A stretch of DNA of 64,000 nucleotides from Candidatus Poribacteria bacterium (GTDB lineage: Bacteria; Poribacteria; WGA-4E; PCPOR2b): contig OZ240245.1 of the NCBI GenBank assembly GCA_965198175.1, positions 992,001-1,056,000 of the forward strand. The letters are read 5' to 3'. The position numbers were made by a program, and so were the translations under genes. Within the stretch, counting starts at the first letter, position 1; each line of letters starts with the position of its first letter. Shown piece by piece: positions 50,083-61,190 of this stretch. Below the pieces are notes generated by a model. The model ran no database searches, was not told the origin of the DNA, and worked only from the letters and a program-made list of their open reading frames with translations.

Positions 50083-51162
50083 ATGGAAACGACGCATCAT
50101 TTTCAAGCGAGCCACCTGCATGCAATCGCGCGGCGGTTGTTCATGGCTGCGGGCGCGCCACGCCATATTGCCGATACCGTTGCTGAAATCTTGGTCAACT
50201 CCAACCTTGTCGGCCATGATTCGCACGGCGTGCTTCACATCCCCCGCTATTTGCTGGACATCTCAGAAGGGAGACTTGACCCGGCTGCCGAACCGAAAGT
50301 GGTCAAAGAAACAGCCAGTACGCTTCACATTGACGGGAACAAGGCTTTTGGGCACTACATTGCACGGAAAGCAATGGATTTGGCTATTGAGAAAGCCAAA
50401 CAGGCTGATGTCTGCTGTGTGAGTTTTCTGCGCACCGGGCATATCGGTCGGCTGGGAGAGTATGCAGAGGTTGCTGCGCGAGCGGGGTGCATTGGTATAA
50501 TCACGGTTGGTTACAGCGGGATAGACAAGGGCCTTGTCACGCCTTTCGGGGGTGCAAAAGGTGCGCTTGAGACCAACCCGATCGCCGTAGGTGTTCCGAC
50601 CGGTGATGATACGCCGTTCATTATTGATTTCGCCACAAGCGTGATTGCCGGCGCAAAGATTGAGTTCGCGGACAGTAAGGGCGAAGATGTTCCAGAAGGG
50701 TGCATTGTTGATAAACATGGGAATCCCAGCGTCAAGACGGCAGATTATTGGGATGGAGGTTCCCTGCTTCCATTTGGTAGGCACAAGGGTTACGCACTTT
50801 CACTGCTGACCTGTCTGCTTGGCGCGCAGCATGGAGACTTTGATGGTGAGGATGACTACGTGGGCGGCATATTTATGCAGGTGATTAACATAAGTGCTTT
50901 TACGTCTGTGGAAGCCTACCAGCGGGGTGTCCGTGCATTCCTGGACAATATCAAGGCCACGCCGCCGGCACCCGGCTTTGACGAGGTCCTGGTTCCCGGT
51001 GATTTTGAGCACTGTTCGCGTATGCACCGCCTGGCTAACGGCATTGACGTACCGGACGCCATCTACTACGAGCGTACCCGAGAATGGGCGGAGAAGTTAG
51101 GTGTTCCTCTGGGTGAGGAAGTAGTCGAAGCTACCGATGTAAATCGATATCGGACCACGTGA
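50083..51162 (+). CDS. Ldh_2 family oxidoreductase
   Basis: GHDSHG, HIGRLGEY, TNPIA, HKGYAL. Confidence 0.88.
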   Translation: METTHHFQASHLHAIARRLFMAAGAPRHIADTVAEILVNSNLVGHDSHGVLHIPRYLLDISEGRLDPAAEPKVVKETASTLHIDGNKAFGHYIARKAMDLAIEKAKQADVCCVSFLRTGHIGRLGEYAEVAARAGCIGIITVGYSGIDKGLVTPFGGAKGALETNPIAVGVPTGDDTPFIIDFATSVIAGAKIEFADSKGEDVPEGCIVDKHGNPSVKTADYWDGGSLLPFGRHKGYALSLLTCLLGAQHGDFDGEDDYVGGIFMQVINISAFTSVEAYQRGVRAFLDNIKATPPAPGFDEVLVPGDFEHCSRMHRLANGIDVPDAIYYERTREWAEKLGVPLGEEVVEATDVNRYRTT

Positions 51163-51455
51163 ATGCGATAGGCGACATGTAACGCGCATTGTGCAGAAAT
51201 TCACTACAGATTGATATTATTCCTATTTCTGGAGTAAGAACCCAGCATAATATTCGTGAAGTCTGTTCTTCTTCGCCGTGCGAGTCGATTTTGTTCACGT
51301 GAAGTAAGAAATCCGAGACTTATAGGTGCTTATGTTCATTATCAGGCGGATTTCGTATAAAATATCTACTGTAGATGTCACATTAGTTGTTGTAAGTATA
51401 GCTCTACCCACCTTGCAGCGGAAATACTCGGTCGATCTGAGTAGGAGCGAAAGCT

Positions 51456-52532
51456 GTGGAAAAAGCACACCGCTTTCAAGCAAGTTATCTTCATGCGATT
51501 ACCCGACGACTATTGATGGCAGCAGGCACGTTGCGTCATATTGCTGATGTCGTCGCAGAAGTTCTGGTCAGTGCCAACCTTACTGGACATGACTCACACG
51601 GCGTGCTCCGTGTGCCCCACTATTTGTCCGACATTTCAAAAGGTATAATTCATCCTGATGCTGAACCGATGGTGGTCAAAGAGACCGCCAACACTCTGTT
51701 TTTTGATGGGCAGTGGGGTTTTGGACACTACACTGTCAGAAAGGCAATGAAGCTGGCAATTGAGAAAGCAAGGGAAACAGATGTCTGTTGTGTATGTTTT
51801 GTTCGCACCGGACATATCGGGCGGTTGGGAGAATATGCAGAAATTGCGGCACAGTCGGGATGCATCGGTATAATCACCTATGGTGTGGGCGAACGGGTTG
51901 GCAAAAAGACTGTGCCTTTTGGTGGTGCAAGGGGAATGTTGGGAACCAACCCGATTGCGATCGGGGTTCCCACCGGTGATGACGTGCCCTTCATCATCGA
52001 TTTCGCCACAACAATGATTGCGGGTGGCAAAATTATGGTCGCCAAAAGCAAAAATACGGATCTTCCGCAGGGATGCATTATTGATAAACATGGCAACCCA
52101 AGCGTCAAAACAAAGGACTATTACGATGGCGGATTCCTACTGCCGTTCGGTGGACATAAAGGCTACGCGCTCTCGCTACTAACTTGTTTGCTTGGTGGGC
52201 TGTCTGAAGGCTTCAACTATGAGCGGGGAGCGATGGGTAGCGTGTTTATGCAGATATTTAATCCCCACACCTTTACGCCGTTGGAAACTTACCAGCAGCA
52301 TGTTCGTGGATTTCTAGACAACATCAAGAAAACCCAACCGGCACGCGGCTTTGATGAAGTATTGGTCCCTGGTGATTTTGAGCACAGTTCGCGGGTTGAG
52401 CGTCTAGTTCACGGCGTTGAAGTGCCGGGCACCATCTATCGGCAGATTCAGGAATGGGCAGAGAAGTTGGATATCTCTTTGTATAACGATGAAGTCGAAG
52501 CCGAAGATGCAGCGCGGTATCAGATTCCGTAA
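51456..52532 (+). CDS. Ldh_2 family oxidoreductase, tandem paralog
   Basis: Similar to 50083-51162 along its whole length. Confidence 0.88.
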   Translation: MEKAHRFQASYLHAITRRLLMAAGTLRHIADVVAEVLVSANLTGHDSHGVLRVPHYLSDISKGIIHPDAEPMVVKETANTLFFDGQWGFGHYTVRKAMKLAIEKARETDVCCVCFVRTGHIGRLGEYAEIAAQSGCIGIITYGVGERVGKKTVPFGGARGMLGTNPIAIGVPTGDDVPFIIDFATTMIAGGKIMVAKSKNTDLPQGCIIDKHGNPSVKTKDYYDGGFLLPFGGHKGYALSLLTCLLGGLSEGFNYERGAMGSVFMQIFNPHTFTPLETYQQHVRGFLDNIKKTQPARGFDEVLVPGDFEHSSRVERLVHGVEVPGTIYRQIQEWAEKLDISLYNDEVEAEDAARYQIP

Positions 52533-52664
52533 AGGGCTGTGCCGAAAGCGCATGAGCTATACAGCATAATCTTCTCTGGCTGATAGTCATGTACGACTGC
52601 TTCATGGCATCAATCGTCTTTTCAAGAGAGCTTGGTCACGCACGATGCTTCTTCTGATTCGCTA

Positions 52665-53687
52665 TTAATCGGTCGCGAATAACTCTTCATTATACGCAAA
52701 TAGTGCGGGTGTTCCCCCGGTGTGTAGGAAAATCACCGTTTCGTCGGATGTAATCTTGCCTTTTCGGATATGATCAACTAAGCCGGCAAAGGCTTTGCTG
52801 GTGTAGACCGGGTCCAGAAAGATGCCCTCCGTCTGGGCGACCATTTTCAGCGCGTCAATACATTCGGGGGAGACTACGCCATACGCCTCCCCGACATAGT
52901 CGTCTGTGTTGTCCACCGCATCATCAGTAATTGGGAGGTTCAGATTCAGAATCGTTGCCGCATCGTTTGCCGCATTTCGGACACGCTCGACCCGATCGTC
53001 CCAACGAATCGGCGTGATTCCAACGGGTTTCAATTTCATTCCTAGCGCTTTTGATCCGAGGATTAACCCCGCTTGGGTTCCGCCTGCCGATCCTGCATAA
53101 ATCCAGTCCGCCTCAATTCCCAATTCCTCCTGTTGTTCATGGATTTCAGTAATACACCAGGCAAAAGCAACAGCCGCAAGGGCAGTCGAGCGGGGGTGTG
53201 CAATCACGTATGGTTGGAGGCCATTCGCTCTCAGTTGCTCCGCCGTGGCGTATTTAATCGCATCCAATTCAGGGCCAAGAGGGGGATCGACCAGTTCAAC
53301 ATCTGCACCGGCCAAGTGATCCAAGAGTAGATTCCCTTGTAAAGCGTTTTTCAGTCCTCGTGACAATCGCAGGTAACACTTCAATCCTAGTCGAGCGGCA
53401 GCCGCGGCAGTTTGGCGACAGTGGTTCGATTGTGATGCTGCACCGTGAACGATGGTGTCTGCACCGCGATGGACCGCTTCGCCAATCGTGAAAGTCAACT
53501 GCCGGACTTTGTTTCCACCAAATGCAAGCCCTGAACAATCTTCCCGTTTCATAAAAATGCGAGGCCCGCCCAATGCCTCGGATAAGCGAGGGCATTCTTC
53601 TAGGGGCGTTGGGAAGTGGCCTATGTCAACTTGGGGAATCAGTTCAATACTTCGACAAAGTTCTTCTCGGGTTACAATATCATTCAT
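52665..53687 (-). CDS. D-cysteine desulfhydrase / ACC deaminase family PLP enzyme
   Basis: KREDCSGLAFGGNKVR, QSNH, LDPVYTSK, FLHTGG. Confidence 0.88.
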   Translation of the reverse strand: MNDIVTREELCRSIELIPQVDIGHFPTPLEECPRLSEALGGPRIFMKREDCSGLAFGGNKVRQLTFTIGEAVHRGADTIVHGAASQSNHCRQTAAAAARLGLKCYLRLSRGLKNALQGNLLLDHLAGADVELVDPPLGPELDAIKYATAEQLRANGLQPYVIAHPRSTALAAVAFAWCITEIHEQQEELGIEADWIYAGSAGGTQAGLILGSKALGMKLKPVGITPIRWDDRVERVRNAANDAATILNLNLPITDDAVDNTDDYVGEAYGVVSPECIDALKMVAQTEGIFLDPVYTSKAFAGLVDHIRKGKITSDETVIFLHTGGTPALFAYNEELFATD

Positions 53688-53898
53688 AGATTCTCCTTGC
53701 GAGAAGGTAAGATGGATTGATGCAGTTGATTTGAAACGTGGACATTCGGATTCCCGATCAGATAAAACTTCAGCGATTGGTCGCTCATAGGAAGTACAAG
53801 ATATTTACTGATGATTACTTAGCTGCGAATGGAATTTTCCCAAATTATACTTCGCTTGTGCCGATCTGCCCCCTCTCTCACCTGTTCCTTGCCTGCCT

Positions 53899-54279
53899 TT
53901 ACGCAGTAAGCAATTCCTTCAGCAAGTTTACCAACTCTTCGTTACCAGCCGCAAGTTCAATAGCGCGTTTTATCTTTGCTTCTCGGTCGATTTCGGGTGT
54001 ACTGACCGGTTCCCAGATAACTTCTACCTTTCTGGGGTTGAGCCGGTCATAATTTACCTTAACTAAGGTCATCGGATAATCGTCCGGAATGAGTATAATC
54101 CAATCAACCGTTTCGCCCCGATCCGAGTATCGTCGATCGATTTTCAAACGTCGATCCTGATACGGCACATTTCGTTTGACCCACTGCTTGCGACCAAATC
54201 GATCGGTTTCAAAATAACCAACCTCTAGCCAACTGCGCCCAGCACCGTTCGGTTTGGTGGTGATGTTAATCTGTTGCAC
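53899..54279 (-). CDS. Hypothetical protein
   Basis: 126 aa, strong RBS (AAAGGAGG) with a GTG start; no recognised family. Confidence 0.6.
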   Translation of the reverse strand: MQQINITTKPNGAGRSWLEVGYFETDRFGRKQWVKRNVPYQDRRLKIDRRYSDRGETVDWIILIPDDYPMTLVKVNYDRLNPRKVEVIWEPVSTPEIDREAKIKRAIELAAGNEELVNLLKELLTA

Positions 54280-55432
54280 AATTTAGCTCCCTCCTTTAGT
54301 CTCATCTTCTTCCCTTGGGGGTAGGTACTAGATAACTGCAATCGAACAGGATTGAGCTGCCATATTCTGTCTAGCCAATAATCTGATCCACCATACGATG
54401 TGAACGTACACATGACCACATCGTCGCAATCATACCGAATTTACACGTCTGCGCCGATGTGTCACGAAGCCATTTAGCATCTTTCACATTAGCAGGAGGT
54501 TATTCAAGGAAAACGTGTTTCCCGAACTCCGTGCAAGTGATTCCTGAGTCTGTGTTCATGTTTTACGGCTAACCCGAATCGACACGGTATCAAGTTCCTC
54601 GCTCGAACCATCACTCTGTAATCAACTCTATCAACGCGTCCATGAACCAGGAAAGGAAAGTCGAAGATAAACGAAATGATTTAACACGTCAACGCAGAGG
54701 AGATTGTTTCATACAGCATTTTCACCGATTCCGCCTTGTTTTGTCAAGGCATTTTTTGGATTCATCACCCCTAGTTTTTCAAAGGTCACGGATTGATAGG
54801 TTTTGAAAAGCAATATGTGTGAGAAACATTGACTTCAACTGGGTGAGGCTATCTCTCTTCGGGAAGTCGAGTGCGAGAAAAAGGGAGAGAGGCAAGACCA
54901 AGTCTGCGTCTGCGAGATAACTCACGCCGTCACCGTATTCAATAGAATGGGCTTTCTTGTCGCATTGACAAGTTATGATATTTGATAGCTAATAACCCGT
55001 TGGTTATCATGCCATCAGCCATAAACGAAATTGAGTGAGTAGTTTGAGCACAAGATTGGCAAAGCCACCGATGAGGGTTCTAAGTTCGGGGCCAATCTAC
55101 TCAGGATGTGCAACGCTTTCATTATAAACTGGGAAAATGAAGTTTTTGGGTTAACACTCTAAATGTAAATTATGAGCTTGGAATAACAACTGTAAAATCT
55201 GGATGCGCACACCCGAACATCCAAAATGTGCAAGGACTTACTTATATTTACTCAATCTGCGATTAATTTTTGCTTTTCTGATTTATTTACCGTCTTTTTT
55301 GAATCCTATTGAACACTTTATACGTTACGTTACGATATAGTGCAATTATAAGATGCTCAAAATGACTAGCGCGAAAAGCCAATCCCGTTCATAACGGCAT
55401 CATATTTTCAAATAGAGTTGAGGTATTTACCA

Positions 55433-56713
55433 GTGCGAGTCGGCATGAGATATGGGCGAGTAACCCTGGATATTGAAATTCCCCACCAAAATTTGGCGGG
55501 GGTTCTAACTATCCAACAGTCTGTTCCACTTGCCGATCCAGAGCAATCAATTTGGGAAGCGCTCGACTCACCAATTGATTCAGCACCATTGGGGCATTTG
55601 GCGGCAAATCGCACCTCCGCTTGTGTGGTTATTTCTGATGTGACACGCCCGGTTCCAAATCAATTGATTCTACCGCCTATCCTGCGAACTTTGGAATTAC
55701 AGGGCATCCCGCGTGAAAAAATTACAATCTTAATTGCTACAGGAATCCATCGCCCCAATGAAGGCAAAGAGCTAGAGGAGATGGTTGGGTGCGACATCAT
55801 TAATAACTACCGGATTGTTAATCATCTTTCTCAAGAACCCCAAACACACAAATATCTCGGTTTAACACGGAACGGCACACCAGTCCATATTGATAAAACC
55901 TATCTGGAATCCGATCTAAAAATCACTACCGCTCTGATTGAACCACACCTGATGGCAGGATATTCCGGCGGGCGCAAGGCAATCTGTCCTGGCTTGGTTT
56001 CAGTCGAAACAATCAAAACTATGCACGGCCCACAAATCCTTGAGCATCCCAAGACATCTGTGGGGGTAATGGAGGGCAATCCATTTCATATCGAAGCCAC
56101 AGAAATTGCCCTGATGGCAGGTGTCGATTTCAGCGTCAATGTTGCGATTGATAATCGGCGAAGGCTAACCGGTGTGTTTGCTGGCGATTTGGTTACAGCA
56201 CATCTAGCGGGCGCTAAATTCGTTGAGAGACGAGTAAAGGCGACGCTGCCGCGGACAGTGGACGCTGTGGTCGTTTCGGGTGCCGGCTATCCACTCGACA
56301 CGACGTTTTATCAAGCCGTTAAAGGGTTGTTGGCTGCCGTGGAGATTGTTAAGCCGAATGGGAGTATCATTCTCGTGGCTGCATGTAGTAAGGGCATTGG
56401 CAGTGAATCCTTTACGGACCTCATCCTGAGAACCCAAGACCTCAAACAGTTTGTTCACGATATCTGCGACCCGGCAAATTTCATCATCGATCAGTGGCAG
56501 CTTGAAGAATTGGCAAAGGTCGCGAGAAAAGCAGAGATTTACTGTTATACAGATGGTATTCCTTACAATCAATTGAAAAACCTCTTTGTACATCCGTTAC
56601 GAACTCTTGAAGAGGGAATTGAGCTCGTATTTTCCAAGTACGGATCGGACGCTAAGATTGCGGCGATTCCAGACGGTCCCTACGTTTTGGCAACAGTTGA
56701 AAAGGCATCTTAA
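55433..56713 (+). CDS. larA: Nickel-dependent lactate racemase family protein (LarA-like)
   Basis: SDVTRP, ATGIHR, EPHLMAGYSGGRK, YPLDTTFYQAVKG. Confidence 0.85.
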   Translation: MRVGMRYGRVTLDIEIPHQNLAGVLTIQQSVPLADPEQSIWEALDSPIDSAPLGHLAANRTSACVVISDVTRPVPNQLILPPILRTLELQGIPREKITILIATGIHRPNEGKELEEMVGCDIINNYRIVNHLSQEPQTHKYLGLTRNGTPVHIDKTYLESDLKITTALIEPHLMAGYSGGRKAICPGLVSVETIKTMHGPQILEHPKTSVGVMEGNPFHIEATEIALMAGVDFSVNVAIDNRRRLTGVFAGDLVTAHLAGAKFVERRVKATLPRTVDAVVVSGAGYPLDTTFYQAVKGLLAAVEIVKPNGSIILVAACSKGIGSESFTDLILRTQDLKQFVHDICDPANFIIDQWQLEELAKVARKAEIYCYTDGIPYNQLKNLFVHPLRTLEEGIELVFSKYGSDAKIAAIPDGPYVLATVEKAS

Positions 56714-56773
56714 ATAGGGGCGCGGTATACCTTACCCCGCTAATTGGTGATTTTTTGCACAGGGAGACTACCA

Positions 56774-57517
56774 GTGAAAAACGTGTCACACCCAATTGTC
56801 GAACTAAAAGGATTTCGTGACAGCTTACGCCTAATCATTGCTCCAGATGCGTCTATAGAACAGGTAGAGCTTGCGATAAAGAAGCGAATGGCAAACTTGG
56901 GGTATTCCCTTGCTGGAACAACGATGAACATTGATATTCGAAACGAAACCCTGAGTGATGATGAATTGAATCGTGTTAAAATGCTGCTTCATGAGACCTA
57001 CGGATTAGAAGTTGAACGGATTCTAGATGGATTAGATCGGGAAACTGAACCGGCGGGAAATGAGACACATGAGCCCGTGGTGGATTGGGCAAATGGATCG
57101 TCGGCGAATCGAAAGATTAGGGGCGCCCCAGCGCTCCATCGGGAAGAAAATGTAGTCAAGAATTATTTCACACCGAAGATAGAAGAAGTTCGGTTTATCC
57201 GACATACGTTGCGATGCGGACAGGTTGAACGCTTCCTAGAGGGGAACATGATTGTTTTAGGCGATGTAAACCCCGGGGCGGAAGTGATAGCGACTGGCGA
57301 TATCATTGTGCTTGGCGTATTGCGCGGTGTTGCTCATGCGGGAGCGCTCGGTGACGCCTCATCAGTAATTATCGCTTTAAATCTGGTGCCGACCCAGTTG
57401 AGAATCGGGCATTTCATCACACGACCTCCGAGTGGTCGGCAACATGCACGTCAGAAAGCGGAAATTGCCCGGGTAAGCGAAGAGGCCATCATCGTTGAGG
57501 AATACAGTGGACTGTAA
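56774..57517 (+). CDS. minC: Septum site-determining protein MinC
   Basis: TLRCGQ, GDVNPGAEVIA, LRGVAHAGA, QLRIG. Confidence 0.9.
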   Translation: MKNVSHPIVELKGFRDSLRLIIAPDASIEQVELAIKKRMANLGYSLAGTTMNIDIRNETLSDDELNRVKMLLHETYGLEVERILDGLDRETEPAGNETHEPVVDWANGSSANRKIRGAPALHREENVVKNYFTPKIEEVRFIRHTLRCGQVERFLEGNMIVLGDVNPGAEVIATGDIIVLGVLRGVAHAGALGDASSVIIALNLVPTQLRIGHFITRPPSGRQHARQKAEIARVSEEAIIVEEYSGL

Positions 57518-57605
57518 TCTGTTTGAAGACACCGAATTTTGAGGTGAAGATTAATGTTCTCGAACAACTTATTGAGAATCATTGAATGAAAGGATGGTTA
57601 AACAC

Positions 57606-58403
57606 ATGGGGAAAGTAATTGTGGTTACCTCCGGAAAAGGTGGGGTTGGCAAAAGTACTTCCACAGCAAATCTAGGAACGGCGTTAGCCTTACTGAACCA
57701 AAGTGTCGTTGTTATTGATGCGGACATCGGGTTAAGAAACCTTGATGTCATTATGGGATTGGAAAGCCGTGTGGTTTACACCTCAATGGATGTGATCGAG
57801 GGAGCTTGCGATCTCGAAAAAGCACTTGTAAAGGATCGGCGGACAAAGGATTTACATCTCCTTGCTGCTTCTCAGAAGAATAATAAGAATGATATTCAAC
57901 CCGAACAGATGAGAAAGATTTGTCTTGAGTTGAAAGAAGAGTACGATTATGTCCTTGTTGATTCGCCCGCTGGGATTGAACAAGGGTTTCGGAACGCGGC
58001 AGCAGGTGCGGATGTAGCAATCATCGTAACAACACCAGAAGTTGCCTCGGTCAGAGATGCAGATCGAATCATCGGATTGCTGATGAACATGAACGTTGAT
58101 GACATGGGTTTGATTATCAATCGCCTCTCCCCTAAAATGGTCGAATCGGGTGATATGATGGATCCAAAGGACATCATTGATATTTTATCAATTGATTTGA
58201 TTGGCGTCGTTACGGAGGATAAAGAAATTGTCGTCTCGACTAACCGAGGGTTACCCTCAACCTACAATCACCATTCGTCCGCTGGACAAGCCTACAGGCG
58301 TATTGCGAGGCGGATTGAAGGAGAAGATGTGCAAATTCCAGAGTTCAGAGCTGGAGGCTGGTTGGGGAACTTGTTCAAATTCAAAGCGTTCAAGTGGATC
58401 TAA
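57606..58403 (+). CDS. minD: Septum site-determining protein MinD
   Basis: SGKGGVGKS, DIGLRNLD, DSPAGIEQGF, SVRDADR. Confidence 0.95.
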   Translation: MGKVIVVTSGKGGVGKSTSTANLGTALALLNQSVVVIDADIGLRNLDVIMGLESRVVYTSMDVIEGACDLEKALVKDRRTKDLHLLAASQKNNKNDIQPEQMRKICLELKEEYDYVLVDSPAGIEQGFRNAAAGADVAIIVTTPEVASVRDADRIIGLLMNMNVDDMGLIINRLSPKMVESGDMMDPKDIIDILSIDLIGVVTEDKEIVVSTNRGLPSTYNHHSSAGQAYRRIARRIEGEDVQIPEFRAGGWLGNLFKFKAFKWI

Positions 58404-58416
58404 AAGGGGAAAAGGT

Positions 58417-58692
58417 ATGCTTAAACAATTGTTGAGAATAACTCGTCGGGCCCAGAAAAGTAAAAACGTCGCCAAGAGTCGCCTGCAATTAATCTTGGTT
58501 CAAGATCGACTTGGCATTGATGAGCAACTCATGAGTTCCCTTCAATCGGACATGACAGCGTTCTTGTCAAAGTATTTTGAACTTGAGCAAGATGGTATTG
58601 AGATGGAACTACAACGTGAGGGTCAATCAATGGCGCTCGTTGCAAATATTCCGGTCTCAAGTTTAAAGATTCGCACCCCTCTGCAAGCATGA
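58417..58692 (+). CDS. minE: Cell division topological specificity factor MinE
   Basis: SKNVAKSRLQLILVQDR...LVANIPV, following minD. Confidence 0.9.
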   Translation: MLKQLLRITRRAQKSKNVAKSRLQLILVQDRLGIDEQLMSSLQSDMTAFLSKYFELEQDGIEMELQREGQSMALVANIPVSSLKIRTPLQA

Positions 58693-58708
58693 CCACATGC
58701 AAGTTGAT

Positions 58709-59530
58709 TTATATCCTCACTACCTTGCGTAACAGGAGTTGTTCAACTGCCGTAGCCACGCCGTCATTTTGATTGGTTTCTGTGATGTAGTCTGCGCAAG
58801 CTTTAATTTCATCAACAGAATTGCCCATCGCAATACGAAATCCTGCCACTTTCATCATGCTTTCATCGTTGTAACCATCTCCGAACGCAACAACGAGATT
58901 CATGGGGATGTCGAGTTGAGCGGCCAGTGTTTCTAATGCTTGTCCCTTCGACACATGAGGATTCATAAACTCAATATATTCAATCTGCGTTCGTGTAACG
59001 TACAGGCGTTTTCCGAAGTGTTCTTTGAATTCAATCAAGAGGCGATTAATTCTTTCAGGGGAATCTATTACCTGCATCTTCGTGGGTGTTTCCCCGTCTA
59101 ATTGATGAAGATCGTCAAGAACCGTAGCCATAACCCCTGTTCTTTCCTCGTAGAGTTGACTCCACTGATTGCGTATTCGAATATATAACCGATCGTTTAA
59201 ACAGAAATTGAAATGCAACCCTCGCCTATCGCAATATTCAACAAGCTCAGTTGCAATCAACGCAGGGATAGGACTGTGATGCAGAACCTTCTCTGTCCTG
59301 GCATGTTTGACCATTCCACCGTTGTATGAAATAATCGGATTTTCCAGTCCAATCTGATTACTAACCGGTAAAATTGATTGGTGCATCCTACCCGAAATAA
59401 GCACCACCATAACCCCCCGCTTCGATAATTTCCCAAGAGCTCTGCGGTTCCGATCCGTCATAACATGATTGTCATTCAGTAGAGTACCATCCAAATCCAC
59501 AGCCACTAAACGACATGGAATTCTTTCCAT
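58709..59530 (-). CDS. Cof-type HAD-IIB hydrolase
   Basis: DLDGTLL, ISGR, SKG, FGDGYND. Confidence 0.9.
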   Translation of the reverse strand: MERIPCRLVAVDLDGTLLNDNHVMTDRNRRALGKLSKRGVMVVLISGRMHQSILPVSNQIGLENPIISYNGGMVKHARTEKVLHHSPIPALIATELVEYCDRRGLHFNFCLNDRLYIRIRNQWSQLYEERTGVMATVLDDLHQLDGETPTKMQVIDSPERINRLLIEFKEHFGKRLYVTRTQIEYIEFMNPHVSKGQALETLAAQLDIPMNLVVAFGDGYNDESMMKVAGFRIAMGNSVDEIKACADYITETNQNDGVATAVEQLLLRKVVRI

Positions 59531-59686
59531 TTCTTTGTTTCCCTTTTTTCCACCCTCCATTTCTGTGCCCCAATATTCTTATACGCCTTGCTCTATCGAC
59601 AACATTATAGAATTAAAATCCAATCGTAGCGGGAATAGTGTACCTGTGCACCGATCGAATCAGCAATCCTGGGACTTGTGCGACTA

Positions 59687-60805
59687 TCAGCGGATTGCTT
59701 TTCCTGTATACCAATCAAAAAGGTGTGTGTGCTTCTCATCAAAATCTAGCCAAACGGATTGTCCAGTTGCTACTTGAAATGCGGGGTGAGTGCGCGCTCT
59801 GAAGATTATCAGATTGCCTGTCTTTGAATTTTCACCGAGGAATATGTCGATAATATTGACTGAGCCGAGGGATTCAACGAGATGTACTGATGCCTGGATT
59901 TTTCCATTGACTGGCTCTTTGGATACAACAATGTGCTCGGGACGGACACCAAAAACCAGTTTGTTGTTTGTTGCTTCGCGCTGAACTTGCGCCATCTGTT
60001 TGTCGGATAACGCCAACCCAATATCAGTGTGTGTCACATGTAAGACATCTTCACCGGCTTGCGATTGAATCTCACCATCAATCAAATTCATTGATGGGCT
60101 TCCCATGAATTCAGCGACAAACAGACTTTTCGGCTGGTTGTACACCTCCTGTGGTGCGCCAAGCTGTTGTAACCTGCCTTGGTGCATGACGGCGATTCGA
60201 TCTGCCATTGACATGGCTTCGACCTGATCGTGCGTGACGAAGACTGTTGTTGTACCGATTTCACGCTGTAGGTGCTTGAGTTCTAAACGTGTATCAACCC
60301 GAAGCTTCGCGTCGAGGTTTGCCATTGGCTCATCCATCAAAAACGCTCTAGGACGACGAACCATCGCTCTGCCAAGTGCGACTCGCTGCATTTCTCCGCC
60401 GCTCAAATACCCTGGCTTCCGGTTCAGAAGGTGCTCAATTTGCAAGGTTGCGGCAACTTCTCCTACTCTGTTCTGGATTTCGGGTTTGGGTACTTTAACT
60501 GCTTTGAGTGGGAATGCGATGTTGTCATAGGCGGTCAGGTGTGGATAAAGCGCGTAAAATTGAAAAACAAACGCGATGTCTCGATCTGCCGGCTGCAGAT
60601 GGTTTACTAGTGTCCCATCAATAAAAATAGCGCCTTCTTCGGGGCAATCTAACCCGGCAATTACCCTAAGTGATGTTGTCTTGCCGCAGCCGGAGGGACC
60701 TAGCAAAACGAAAAATTCCCCATCATAAATTTCGAGGGTAAAATCATCGACAGCAACGACGTTGCCGAAGCGTTTTGTGACGTGCTCAAGTCTGATTTCT
60801 GCCAT
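59687..60805 (-). CDS. Carbohydrate ABC transporter ATP-binding protein (MalK-like)
   Basis: GPSGCGKT, LSGGEMQRVALGRA, DEP, C-terminal TOBE-like region. Confidence 0.9.
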   Translation of the reverse strand: MAEIRLEHVTKRFGNVVAVDDFTLEIYDGEFFVLLGPSGCGKTTSLRVIAGLDCPEEGAIFIDGTLVNHLQPADRDIAFVFQFYALYPHLTAYDNIAFPLKAVKVPKPEIQNRVGEVAATLQIEHLLNRKPGYLSGGEMQRVALGRAMVRRPRAFLMDEPMANLDAKLRVDTRLELKHLQREIGTTTVFVTHDQVEAMSMADRIAVMHQGRLQQLGAPQEVYNQPKSLFVAEFMGSPSMNLIDGEIQSQAGEDVLHVTHTDIGLALSDKQMAQVQREATNNKLVFGVRPEHIVVSKEPVNGKIQASVHLVESLGSVNIIDIFLGENSKTGNLIIFRARTHPAFQVATGQSVWLDFDEKHTHLFDWYTGKAIR

Positions 60806-61190
60806 GAACAATAATTCGATAATACGCAAATATGCGGGTATAAAGTTTTGAGTTGAGATCTCCACTGTAGCAGATGAACAGCTACATTTTAGCATAGCAT
60901 AGCAGAAATTGAAAACAAAAATTCGAAAAGGTAGGACGAATACCCACAGCTTGTCCCAATCCGCAGCCCTATATGTTATTTGAGGAATTTACTCGCCGGT
61001 ATTGAGTCAAGACCGTCAACGCACGAACCCATTCAACGACTGAGGAAAAACGGAAGAAACAGAACAAGGGAGGGAGAAAAGTGCGGAATAGAGGCAGGTG
61101 TGCGGGGGAAAAGAAAAGTTGAAAACACTAGATTCATGAAATTCCAAGTATCCGTGTTTACATCACATACCACGCGTCGCGTTTCATGAT

